Shown here piece by piece: positions 1 through 9,357 of a DNA stretch of 64,000 bases (positions are counted from its first letter, which is position 1; each line of letters opens with the position of its first letter). The translations under genes and the position numbers were made by a program. Under the pieces are notes generated by a model. That model had not been told where the DNA came from. It saw nothing but the letters and a program-made list of their open reading frames with translations, and did not search any database. Source of the stretch: Bdellovibrio sp. ZAP7 (GTDB taxonomy: Bacteria > Bdellovibrionota_B > Oligoflexia > Oligoflexales > RGVZ01); NCBI GenBank assembly GCA_945900755.1, contig CAMDKS010000003.1:17031-81030 (forward strand), in the 5' to 3' direction.

Positions 1-916
1 CATTCGGCTTGTCAACTCCCATACCGAACGCGATCGTTGCGACCATCACATCAAGGCGATCTTCAAGAAACGCATCTTGAACCTGCTGCCTGTCCTGTGG
101 TGGCAGGCCCGCATGAAAGACTCCGGTGCGATGATATTTTTGAAGCTCAAGAGCCGTTGCCTCGGCAAGTTTACGGGTCGGAGCATAAACGATGCAAGGA
201 AGGCGAGCCTTATCCTTCAGAATGGACACGGCCGCTTCAAGGCGTGCTCCTGGCGTGAGTTCTAGTACCTCGATAGCAATGTTGTCGCGACGAAAGCCGT
301 GGATAAATACATCAGGATTTTTTAACGACAACTGTGCGACAATGTCTTTTTGCACTTCGGGCGTAGCCGTTGCGGTTAAGGCAATAAAATTTGCGGGCCG
401 AAGACGCTCTAGGCGAGGCCCTAGCTGACGATAGTCGGCCCTAAAATCATGACCCCACATAGAGATGCAGTGGGCTTCATCAACCGCAACAATGGCCGGC
501 TTATATTCTTCCAGAAATTCTAAAAATCCAGACACGCCCAGCCTCTCTGGCGCGATAAAAAGAAACTGGAGACGTCCCTCTCGCCAATCACGGCATGCAT
601 CTTGGGACTCAGATCTAGATCTTCCAGAATGAATTCTTGCCGCCGAAATTCCGAGTTGCAGCAGTTTTTGAACTTGGTCTTCAATCAAGGCAATCAACGG
701 ACTAATCACCAAAGCTCGCCCCTCTTGGCGGGCGATGGTTGGCAACTGATAACAAAGAGACTTCCCTGCGCCAGTAGGCATCACAAGGAGCACGTCTTTG
801 CCACGCCATGCGGATAGACACACCTCGCGTTGCCGCGCACGAAACGTCGCAAATCCGAACACGTCAATTAAGACGTGATCGATGGACGATAAAATTTCTT
901 TGGGAGCATTAGCCAT
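1..916 (-). CDS. recQ: ATP-dependent DNA helicase RecQ, N-terminal part (gene runs off the window start)
   Basis: Not in the ORF track because it is truncated. Reverse-strand translation from the ATG at 916 gives ...LLVMPTGAGKSLCYQLP... (Walker A), ...AVDEAHCISMWGHDFRADY... (DEAH motif II, RecQ signature) and ...LTATAT... (motif III). Its ATG overlaps the stop of the upstream gene (ATGGCTAA). Confidence 0.85.
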   Translation of the reverse strand, partial: MANAPKEILSSIDHVLIDVFGFATFRARQREVCLSAWRGKDVLLVMPTGAGKSLCYQLPTIARQEGRALVISPLIALIEDQVQKLLQLGISAARIHSGRSRSESQDACRDWREGRLQFLFIAPERLGVSGFLEFLEEYKPAIVAVDEAHCISMWGHDFRADYRQLGPRLERLRPANFIALTATATPEVQKDIVAQLSLKNPDVFIHGFRRDNIAIEVLELTPGARLEAAVSILKDKARLPCIVYAPTRKLAEATALELQKYHRTGVFHAGLPPQDRQQVQDAFLEDRLDVMVATIAFGMGVDKPN

Positions 917-2099
917 GCTTTATAACCGCCCTTTTGATGACGTTAGGCGTCGGAAATTGGGTGTATTCGAAAGCATTTTTGCCAAACCATTCATTATTTT
1001 CACAAAAATCTTTGAGGGCAAGGTCTTTCATTAGCGAGCGTTCGACGCCAATCATAAAGCCCTTTGTTTTCGAGGCTTCTGCGGCCTCTACACGCTGCTT
1101 TAGTTGACCTTTATGCCAAGGATGAAACAATTCTAGGGCCAAGGTTTTCTTGCCATATTTGACCACAAAATCTGGGAAACAATAACTCTGCTTTCCGAGA
1201 TGAATAAAATCTTCACCCGGCTCGATTTTCATTTCGTCCGAAGCATTTATGGCATGCATGACCTGCTCAAAATCCTTTGGAATATAACCACCGTGGGATC
1301 TCGAAGATTTGGTGACAACACCAGATTTTTGATCAAGGCAAAATAGAACTTTCTTTCCACGCCAAGTAATCAATGCCTCTAACTTCCATTCTGGCAGCGA
1401 AGCCACAAACGGGAAAAAATTTGCGATTCTCAAAGCGTAGCCCTGTGCCTTACCAAATAGCCTAAGAGGCCCACTTAGCTCGAGTGTCAAAGCCTTCGCA
1501 TCTTTATTCACTTCCACATCACTCATAAGCCTGTGGAACTTTAGGCGACGCATGAGTTCGCGTTTTTGCGCAATCGTCACATTGGTCACGGTCACGGCGA
1601 CATCGTCAGCGAAACAAAGAAACGTCGTAACGTGGGACAGATTATATTTGTCGATGAGGGCCTCGATCGAAAGCGGATCATACCTCTCAACCACGCGCGC
1701 ACTTGGCAGGTCAGAAAATAATTTCGCTTTTAAATCACCGGCCGCTTCGCCAAGTTCCGCGGCGACAGCCTCTGTAAACTCATTTTGAGATATACTGTCA
1801 GACTTCCTAAGTCGTTCTGAAACGGCAAAGGTTTTCCATCGGAAATCCATGATTTCAGCATTGGGCTCGGCCACCTCACATTGATCCATGAGTAATTTTG
1901 CAAAACCCCGGCTCCTTGGTGTTGAGACTGCTTCTTTTACTTCGTCTTCAAGGTCACTAACGACCCGACCGGCGGCGTCCGAAAAAAGCTCGCACAACTC
2001 CTTAGCCTCCGCACTGGCTGTAGGGTCATCTGATTTTATAAACCTTGGAAAAAGCTTCCCGCTACGAACGGTTGCCTGAACCAGATCCTTGGTAAGCAT
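909..2099 (-). CDS. DUF790 / Bax1-like nuclease (partner of XPB-type helicases)
   Basis: 396 aa. The N-terminus MLTKDLVQATVRSGKLFPRF and the C-terminal ...CFPDFVVKYGKKTLALELFHPWHKGQLKQR... match my recollection of the DUF790 PD-(D/E)xK-like nuclease end. It lies directly downstream of, and overlaps by 38 nt, an XPB-like helicase. Confidence 0.65.
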   Translation of the reverse strand: MLTKDLVQATVRSGKLFPRFIKSDDPTASAEAKELCELFSDAAGRVVSDLEDEVKEAVSTPRSRGFAKLLMDQCEVAEPNAEIMDFRWKTFAVSERLRKSDSISQNEFTEAVAAELGEAAGDLKAKLFSDLPSARVVERYDPLSIEALIDKYNLSHVTTFLCFADDVAVTVTNVTIAQKRELMRRLKFHRLMSDVEVNKDAKALTLELSGPLRLFGKAQGYALRIANFFPFVASLPEWKLEALITWRGKKVLFCLDQKSGVVTKSSRSHGGYIPKDFEQVMHAINASDEMKIEPGEDFIHLGKQSYCFPDFVVKYGKKTLALELFHPWHKGQLKQRVEAAEASKTKGFMIGVERSLMKDLALKDFCENNEWFGKNAFEYTQFPTPNVIKRAVIKHG

Positions 2100-3474
2100 A
2101 GTGTTGCCTTCGTCGTTGATTCACGTATGTTTCGGATGTCCCTCGCGAAATAATCTCATATAAAACAGCACTCTTCCCCGTTTTGTGGCGAAGAATTCGC
2201 CCGAGTCTTTGCACGTGCTCACGCACCGTTCCACTGCCAGAAAGAACCACGCCAATGCTGGCCTCAGGCACGTCGACTCCCTCGTTTAGGACCTTTGAGG
2301 TCGCTATTACCGAGATTTCGCCCGTTTTGAAGAGATCAAGAATTTTTGCTCGTTCGGCCGGCTTCGTATGGTGAGTTAATACAGGCACAAAAAAATCTCG
2401 CCCTATTTGGTAAGCTAAGGAATTCTCATCCGTAAAAACAATGATGCGTTCGTTTTTGTGAAGGGTCATGATTTTCCAAAGTTCCGATAATTTTCCTGAT
2501 GCCGCCTGTGCTTGGCGCTTCTGCACGCGGTAAGCCTTCATCGCCGATCGGCCTTGGGGCGAGCGAGAGGACAACGCAATAAACTGGGCCCAGCCGTTGC
2601 CATCCGAAAAATTAATGCGGTTTTGCTTAATAAAATTTTTATAGATCTCTCGGGATTCGGTATATGACTGGAGCTCGGAGGGCGTCATGTCCACCTCGAT
2701 CTGCACCACTCGATATGGGGCGAGTGTGTTTTCTTCCATCTCACTAAAGCGGCCTTCAAATACAACATCGCCGACTAAATCAAATAAAACTTCTTCACGC
2801 CCATCTGCCCGTTCAATCGTCGCAGAAAGTCCAAGTCGAAACGGTGCAATCAAGGACTGGGCAATTTGCGAATATCCTATTGCGGGCAAATGGTGGCACT
2901 CATCAAAAATCGCCAAACCAAAACGTGGGCCGAGACGATCTGCATGCATCGCCGCCGAATCGTAGGTGGCGATAGTGATGGCTTCGATCTCATGACTTCC
3001 ACCGCCTAACATACCAATTTTGGCATCGAAATATTTTTTCAAGACATCATGCCACTGGTTCATTAAATCGATCGTTGGCACACAAACTAACGTAGGCCTT
3101 CCGACTGCCGCCATGCACATCACGGCTAACATGGTTTTACCAGATCCAGTTGGCAAATTTACCACTCCGCGTCGCCCAGCTTCAGTCCACGAACGAAGAG
3201 CCTCCGTTTGGTGTGATCGCGGCGTGATGGGTTCTTTAAGGTCAAGTTTTAATAAATCATATTGCCGAGCATGATCCTGCCAATCAATTCCACTGTCCCG
3301 TAAAACAAGTGCAATCTCTCTATAATGGCGGCCCTCGGCTCGCCACTCTAAGGTCCTTTGATCTCGTCGGATCCAATCCTGTAGCTTTGACATGACAGCA
3401 GGATCAAAACCATCGACCACGATGGTACCTTGCTCAAACCGAATGGACTGAATTCCCTTGCCCATCATGGACAA
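2062..3474 (-). CDS. XPB/ERCC3(RAD25)-like SF2 DNA helicase
   Basis: 470 aa. N-terminal damage-recognition-like domain, then LPTGSGKTM (motif I), FDECHH (motif II), LGLSATIERADGRE (motif III / RED-like region) and QRLGRILR (motif VI). Confidence 0.75.
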   Translation of the reverse strand: MSMMGKGIQSIRFEQGTIVVDGFDPAVMSKLQDWIRRDQRTLEWRAEGRHYREIALVLRDSGIDWQDHARQYDLLKLDLKEPITPRSHQTEALRSWTEAGRRGVVNLPTGSGKTMLAVMCMAAVGRPTLVCVPTIDLMNQWHDVLKKYFDAKIGMLGGGSHEIEAITIATYDSAAMHADRLGPRFGLAIFDECHHLPAIGYSQIAQSLIAPFRLGLSATIERADGREEVLFDLVGDVVFEGRFSEMEENTLAPYRVVQIEVDMTPSELQSYTESREIYKNFIKQNRINFSDGNGWAQFIALSSRSPQGRSAMKAYRVQKRQAQAASGKLSELWKIMTLHKNERIIVFTDENSLAYQIGRDFFVPVLTHHTKPAERAKILDLFKTGEISVIATSKVLNEGVDVPEASIGVVLSGSGTVREHVQRLGRILRHKTGKSAVLYEIISRGTSETYVNQRRRQHYAYQGSGSGNRS

Positions 3475-3707
3475 ATCTCCTCAAATTTTTAGAACCTGCA
3501 ATTGGCGTTTAGTCTAGCTGAAGAGCATACCCTCCTAAGGTTTCAGAGCAACCTCGAAAGCATAATTAGACTGCAAATTTGTGGGATGTCTGAGCCTGCC
3601 TCAACACCGCTGTTCAATTTTATATCTAATCAGGCAGACAGCCCCTTAGCTTTTTGTGAGTGAAATTTTGGCAATCCGCAAGCTCCTGATACAATGAGAG
3701 AATCTAA

Positions 3708-5444
3708 TTGGCAGATAGGGCTCAAATGCTAAAACATTTTAAAAAAAACTGGATGCTAATCGTTGCGGGCGCTGCCTTATATTGGCTTGCACTTCCACCC
3801 ATGAAATGTCCGTGGGCCGCCTATCTGTCGATGGCCTGTTGGGTGCCCATTGTTGCTAACAAGACTGCTCCGACAAAAAAGGAGTATTGGCATTTGTGGC
3901 TCATTGGATTGCTGATGTGGTTGGGCATACTGCAGGGCATTCGCTTGGGCAACTGGGCTTTGTATTTTGGGTGGGCTGCACTATCAATGTATGTGGCCGC
4001 TTACCTTCCCCTTTATGTGTTCCTCGCTCGTTTCTTGCGTCACACAACAAAGCTACCTCTGAGTATGGCGTGCACTGTAGCGTGGGTTGTAGGCGAGTGG
4101 ATCCGCGCCCACTTTGCTACGGGTTTTACCGCCGGCATTCTCGCACACAGCCAAACGCCATGGCCTTGGATTTTGCAGATCGCCGCACACTTTGGAAGCT
4201 ATGGCGTGGGATTTTTTGTTGTCCTTGGCGGTACCCTAATTTACGAGTGCTCCGTATTAATCACTAGCTGCCGAATCGTCGGTGCTCCAATAGCAGCACC
4301 CAATCGCAAGCAATCGCTGCGATGCGCTCTATTGGCAGCTATCGTCATAGGAATGGGACTTAGCGCTGCATCGTCTCTGAACGAGTACGACCGCATGATT
4401 CTTGAAAAAGGTCCGATCAAGCCGCTTGCTCGCATCCTCCTCATACAGGAAAATATACCGATTAGTTTCATTAAAGTTATGAAAAACCTGCAAGATGGCT
4501 GGCTTCGATATGAACAACAGACGTCAATTGCAGCAAAAAAAGCAGGCCCATTGGGAGTCGACTTAGTCGTATGGCCAGAAGCGACATTTTCTGGTGGCAC
4601 GCCTTGGCTTGATTGGGACAAGAGTCCTGAAGTTCCTCCGGATCTATTGGGTGACTCCGAAAAATTCAAGAAGGCGACTCAAGCACTAGAACAAACCATG
4701 AGCTCCAAACTTCGACACCTGTTTTCACTTTTTGTAACCACAAAACCGCAGTTCATTTTGGGAACAGATTTGTTAAAAATCAGATCTGGAGTCACCTCAG
4801 CCTCCAATGCTGCACTGTGGGCTAGGACAGAAAATCCAAGTGATAGCAGCTACTACGCTAAACAGCATCTGGTTATGTTCGGAGAGTACATTCCTATTGT
4901 CTCAAGAATTCCCTTCCTTCTCAAATGGCTCAACTTTGGAAAGTATGAAGCCGGAACTGAACCGGTAACTTGGCAGCTACCCAACGGGGTCAAAATTTCT
5001 CCAAGCATCTGCTTTGAGAATTTTTTGCCACATTTAATTCAAGCTCACGTCCGAAAACTAACAGACAAGGGTCAATCGCCAGAAATTCTAGTTAATATAA
5101 CCAACGATGCTTGGTTTAAAGGTTCGTCCATGCTTGACCATCATGTGAATAGCGCAATTTTGACAGCCGTTGAAAACCGCCGGCCGATGTTGGTGGCAGG
5201 CAACCAAGGAATTTCTGCTTGGATCGACGGTAATGGGCGCGTCGTACAATCGTTAGCTCCGCTTGCTTCGGATTCGATTCTAGCAGAACCGATTGGCGAT
5301 GGACGGTGGGGACTTTGGCAGGTCGTGGGTGACACACCTGCAATGTGTTTAACGATATTGTGCGCCATAGCGCTATTATACAATTTTATCCGGCGGTCAA
5401 AATCTAGTGCCCGACATCCCAACGGCCGGGATTGCGTCCAATAA
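3708..5444 (+). CDS. lnt: apolipoprotein N-acyltransferase
   Basis: Polytopic N-terminus followed by a C-N hydrolase domain with VVWPEATF, SPSICFENF (catalytic Cys) and NITNDAWF. The start could instead be the ATG at 3726. Confidence 0.85.
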   Translation: MADRAQMLKHFKKNWMLIVAGAALYWLALPPMKCPWAAYLSMACWVPIVANKTAPTKKEYWHLWLIGLLMWLGILQGIRLGNWALYFGWAALSMYVAAYLPLYVFLARFLRHTTKLPLSMACTVAWVVGEWIRAHFATGFTAGILAHSQTPWPWILQIAAHFGSYGVGFFVVLGGTLIYECSVLITSCRIVGAPIAAPNRKQSLRCALLAAIVIGMGLSAASSLNEYDRMILEKGPIKPLARILLIQENIPISFIKVMKNLQDGWLRYEQQTSIAAKKAGPLGVDLVVWPEATFSGGTPWLDWDKSPEVPPDLLGDSEKFKKATQALEQTMSSKLRHLFSLFVTTKPQFILGTDLLKIRSGVTSASNAALWARTENPSDSSYYAKQHLVMFGEYIPIVSRIPFLLKWLNFGKYEAGTEPVTWQLPNGVKISPSICFENFLPHLIQAHVRKLTDKGQSPEILVNITNDAWFKGSSMLDHHVNSAILTAVENRRPMLVAGNQGISAWIDGNGRVVQSLAPLASDSILAEPIGDGRWGLWQVVGDTPAMCLTILCAIALLYNFIRRSKSSARHPNGRDCVQ

Positions 5445-6669
5445 TGACCGCCGCCATAAATTTAGGAACATACTCTGCTGTTTCAGTCGGGAGCAGGAAT
5501 CGTAAATGCCAAAAATCGACCACTTTTTCTTTGTTCACGGTTGATGCAATTTGATATCTCTTAACGCGATTTTGCCCTGTATTATAGGAAGCAATCGCCA
5601 ACAGGTAACGCTCGGTGCCAAACATTTTCAATAGACCCGTAAAGTATTTTGCAGCCGCGTCCGTCGACTTCTCCAGATTCATTCTTTGATCGTTTTTACC
5701 GCCAACGGCTAATCCATATTCTTTCGCAGTCTCAGGCATAAATTGCCACGGGCCCAAGGCTCCGACAGGACTTACGACCTCCAGTTGAAAATTAGACTCA
5801 ACCCAAACAATATAGCCCAGCTCAACCGGTAATCCATTCGCCACTAAAGCCTTCTCAATGATTGGCCAAAATTTTTCTTTTCTCTCCAGCATCAATTTAT
5901 GGTAGCCGCCCTTAGTAAACCGCCTGAGGTGTCGTTCCACTTCAAGAACAAATCCTGGATCCATCGCGCTGGGAGGAGGGTCTCCGAATCGCCGGGATAT
6001 GGCGACGATTTCATCCCAAATAAAAAGTTTATCCCCGATCATTTCGGTTGACGTTTTCGCCGCTCGTTTCGGTTTTTTTCCAAACAATTTTGCACTTAAT
6101 TTACCACTAAAAATGCCGAGGTCTTTGCCCTTGGCGGACATCAGGGCAGTCCGCTTGCTGGGGCCCTCTGGCGGCACTGTGCCTTGACCCTCTGAATTCT
6201 TGAAGCCAAATACAAAAAATGCAATGAATAGAAGTGCAGACCCGAAAGCCAAACTCATGCCTACCGTCTTTCGTCGATACCATAATTCGCTAGATACCGT
6301 TTTTGGACCTCGGTCATGAAGTTTGCTAAATTTTGTGAACGTGGTTGCTTGTAACGCATTCCAAAAACCATTTTGAAATGTTGTCGTCAGACCAATCGTA
6401 ATTCGGTCCCCTGGCTTAAGGTCTATATTTTGGGTAATCAATTTGCCGTTTCGCTTTGTTCCAAACTGACTTCCCATATCTTTAAAACGCACGACACCAG
6501 CGGGATCATGAAAAATACAGGCATGAGTCAAACTGATTGTTGGATCGTCCACGATTCGAATCTGACACGTCTCCGCAGAGCCGATAAAAGCGAATTCTCC
6601 AGGACCAATTGAGAAGCTTTGCCCCGCAGTTGGTCCCGATTTGAAATTTATACTAATTCGTCGATTCAT
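5404..6669 (-). CDS. FHA domain - TM - lytic transglycosylase (SLT) fusion protein
   Basis: N-terminal FHA pattern (FIGSAETCQIRIVDDPTISLTHACIF...FGTKRNGKLI), one TM segment (VGMSLAFGSALLFIAFFVFGF), and a C-terminal SLT motif set (VWVESNFQ...GPWQFMPETA...ASYNTG). Confidence 0.75.
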   Translation of the reverse strand: MNRRISINFKSGPTAGQSFSIGPGEFAFIGSAETCQIRIVDDPTISLTHACIFHDPAGVVRFKDMGSQFGTKRNGKLITQNIDLKPGDRITIGLTTTFQNGFWNALQATTFTKFSKLHDRGPKTVSSELWYRRKTVGMSLAFGSALLFIAFFVFGFKNSEGQGTVPPEGPSKRTALMSAKGKDLGIFSGKLSAKLFGKKPKRAAKTSTEMIGDKLFIWDEIVAISRRFGDPPPSAMDPGFVLEVERHLRRFTKGGYHKLMLERKEKFWPIIEKALVANGLPVELGYIVWVESNFQLEVVSPVGALGPWQFMPETAKEYGLAVGGKNDQRMNLEKSTDAAAKYFTGLLKMFGTERYLLAIASYNTGQNRVKRYQIASTVNKEKVVDFWHLRFLLPTETAEYVPKFMAAVIIGRNPGRWDVGH

Positions 6670-6678
6670 AGTCTTACC

Positions 6679-8301
6679 TTAACCGCCGATTGAATTTCTT
6701 TTTACCTCAAAGCGCACTGTCTGATTCCCAATCTGCAAAACACTCCCAACACCTAACAATCTTGGCTCATGAACAGTCCAGCCATTGATTCGGTCTCGAC
6801 CAACTTTACTTGGTAAATATAGCGCCTTGTGGCCATCAAGTTGAATTCTTCCGTGACCCCACCAAGAAATTTTTCGCCCACGAATTTTGACTCCCGCCCC
6901 ACCGCGAGGGAAGCGAGCGAGCAACGTCTCACCCTTTGCGATTGGTATCGTTTGCCCAGCATAAATGCCGCCAATCACAACCAACCTTGCAACACACTCG
7001 GGACTTCTAAAGGGGCAATTAGAGTAATCCTTTGAAACGCGATGCCCGCAGGAATTACAAGCCAAGGTTTTTGCCCGTACTTTAAACCAATGGTAGCCCT
7101 TACGTCCGAGCCAAACGGCAATGGCGAACGAGACTGCCAGCCAGGCAAAAAGCATGATCCTTTCTTCCAAAATTTTGGCGTCAGATTTATTAGATTCCTC
7201 TAATTGCTGCTCTGGGGTCAAAGCTTTCGGCAAAAATACAGTGCTAAGGCTTGGAATGACAAACCCAACATTGTGGTTTTGACTCTCGAAAATTTCATCG
7301 TGATAGGAAATTGTAATTTTCATTTCTAGCGGCTGATCTTCAAGCGCAATATCTGGCGCATTAACATCGATTACATATTCGTTTTTTAGAAGAGCCATTA
7401 TGTTTTTTACCGCAGCGCTCATTTCGACAGTACCGACGATGCGATGGACATAGCCTCCGCTCTCTTGGGCGACAGCCCCCAAATCAAAATTTGATTTTCC
7501 GTAGGACTGTCCAAAAGCAATATTGAAAACTCGAACACCCTGATCCATTAGGCTGCGCCAACAATTTTGCCCTCGATAGCGCTCCGTTGAAGGGCCATCG
7601 CCAGGACTAGAGATGATGACTAAGACCTTTTGATCCGATTTTTTAAATTGCGACAAATCCCAGGCATGAAACCTCTCGGCAGCGACGCACAGAGTATCTG
7701 CAAGGGCAGGCCCCTCGCCCTCCGGCTCAAGAGACTGCATCTGCTGCAGGATACGATTTACGTTATCTCCATTTTCTGGACTAACATTTGCGACGACCCG
7801 GGCACTATCCTGGGAAATCGCTGCCACGGTCAAAAGCTCTGATGGAATGCCCTTTAGAATTTCTCCCGTTTGCAACCGCAATTCCTCGACCTCCTTAGGC
7901 TTTAGCTTTCGGTGCAGACTAATGCCGATGTAAAGCGCACGTTTCAAGGAATCTCCTCCAGCCCCATGTAATAAAAGTGACTGAACGCTCTCTGGTGCTG
8001 TCGACGTATTGGTAAAATTTACTTTAACCATCGCCCGGTCAATGGTCGTGATTGGAAAACGAAGTAGCCCATCATGCTCCTGTGCATTAAAAATAATACG
8101 AAGATGATGGTCCTCTAAATGCTCTACCTGCAAAATTTCGATCGCACGAGTGACGGAACCTTTAACTCCAATTTTGTTGGTTTTGGATGTTGCGTTTGCC
8201 GGCAAAGAATTGCACACGAGACATGCTGAGGCCATGAAACCGACGACCTCGGATATTTTTGGACACTTTTTTTGCAACCAGCGTGTTACGAGCGAAACCA
8301 T
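6679..8301 (-). CDS. secreted vWA-like domain - TM - Cys4 zinc-ribbon - FHA protein
   Basis: Signal-like N-terminus. Periplasmic region has a vWA-like C-terminal half (VLVIISSPGDG...VRVFNIAFG...AQESGGY) but no clear DxSxS MIDAS motif. TM segment is LFAWLAVSFAIAVWLG. CNSCGH...CPFRSPEC ribbon. C-terminal FHA-like domain. Confidence 0.6.
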   Translation of the reverse strand: MVSLVTRWLQKKCPKISEVVGFMASACLVCNSLPANATSKTNKIGVKGSVTRAIEILQVEHLEDHHLRIIFNAQEHDGLLRFPITTIDRAMVKVNFTNTSTAPESVQSLLLHGAGGDSLKRALYIGISLHRKLKPKEVEELRLQTGEILKGIPSELLTVAAISQDSARVVANVSPENGDNVNRILQQMQSLEPEGEGPALADTLCVAAERFHAWDLSQFKKSDQKVLVIISSPGDGPSTERYRGQNCWRSLMDQGVRVFNIAFGQSYGKSNFDLGAVAQESGGYVHRIVGTVEMSAAVKNIMALLKNEYVIDVNAPDIALEDQPLEMKITISYHDEIFESQNHNVGFVIPSLSTVFLPKALTPEQQLEESNKSDAKILEERIMLFAWLAVSFAIAVWLGRKGYHWFKVRAKTLACNSCGHRVSKDYSNCPFRSPECVARLVVIGGIYAGQTIPIAKGETLLARFPRGGAGVKIRGRKISWWGHGRIQLDGHKALYLPSKVGRDRINGWTVHEPRLLGVGSVLQIGNQTVRFEVKRNSIGG

Positions 8302-9098
8302 TTTATGTATCCTTCCAAATGGTCAATACTTACCGCGTCCGAATCATTCAACACGGCATTTACTGCTGCTTCCACCCCGTTGATGTATAGCTTGTGACCC
8401 TCCATAATCCACTCGACCTTGCATTCTTTCGTCGTGACAGCGAAGGTCAAGGCATGCTTTGACAAGTGGCCATCAGGAATTGTTGCCTCTAGCCCGGGGT
8501 CGGATCCGATACGAAACCTGCCATTAATTATGCGGTAGTCTTGCCCCATACTTGCACCGCGGTTCAAGACCAACCATCCGCAAACGGTTTCTGAACGCAT
8601 CGCCTGGTTAGGCATGCTGAGTGGCTTTGCGGACTCTGGAGCCTCATAACCGCGAGGCATTTTCTCGGCAAACCGAAGAATGCAGTGCATTTCGCCAATG
8701 GTGATTAGTGCTCCATCCTCGCAGGAATGGGGCCCAGAGATCACAACATTATTTATTTTTACGACCCTAGACCCTGCACTTGGACAGATGCTCGCTTCGC
8801 CTATTCCCATGCGGATGAATGCATGTTTGCTTCCGATGCCGACACCCGTGATCACCGCATCCGCTTCCCAAGACGATCCTAGTACGGTCTCACCATCAGG
8901 AAGGCGAATATCCTCACCTCGGTGGCACCCGTTCATAAATACAAGCCAGCCAGCGGTACGTGGTCCGTGAAACCCAGTAGGGTTTTGCCCCGCACTCATG
9001 GCGTGAGTTAGTCCACGGTTTTGAACGCTGCCAACCCCCCAGTCACCTCTTGCGAGCATTGGACAGGTATCAAATTTTCTTGCAAGCGGCTTCGCCAT
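8286..9098 (-). CDS. cytoplasmic protein with two tandem FHA domains
   Basis: Two repeats of the FHA pattern (GWLVFMNGCHRGEDIRLPDGETVLGSS...SKHAFI and GWLVLNRGASMGQDYRIINGRFRIGSD...SKHALTF). Overlaps the next gene by 16 nt. Confidence 0.7.
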   Translation of the reverse strand: MAKPLARKFDTCPMLARGDWGVGSVQNRGLTHAMSAGQNPTGFHGPRTAGWLVFMNGCHRGEDIRLPDGETVLGSSWEADAVITGVGIGSKHAFIRMGIGEASICPSAGSRVVKINNVVISGPHSCEDGALITIGEMHCILRFAEKMPRGYEAPESAKPLSMPNQAMRSETVCGWLVLNRGASMGQDYRIINGRFRIGSDPGLEATIPDGHLSKHALTFAVTTKECKVEWIMEGHKLYINGVEAAVNAVLNDSDAVSIDHLEGYIKWFRS

Positions 9099-9357
9099 TA
9101 TGGTTCCATTTTCTTTGGCTAAATTTCTGTTTTCGGTCGTACAGATATCGGGTGATTTTTGAAATGATTAAGACAGAGACCTTCAGCAGGATTGGCAGAA
9201 GGCCGAATTCCGGCGGTATTTGGCTAGATATCAGCAGATTATGGCGCAATAGTGTTCATGAGGAGACTCATGTTCGAAATAGAAAATTTGTGTATTTTAG
9301 GGGCGCGTTGGAATCTGCAATCCTATTGGCAAAAGAACCACTTCGTCCATTGTGCGT

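Noticed and set aside
9099-9357. Sigma-54 (TGGCAC-N5-TTGCA) promoter for the FHA operon, and a CATGAG-N4-CTCATG palindrome at 9257..9272.
   Set aside because: The nearest match (TTGCCAATAGGATTGCA) lacks the GG of the -24 element. The 6-bp palindrome is short enough to be chance, although a similar CATGAG...CTCATG pair occurs at 11164..11186.
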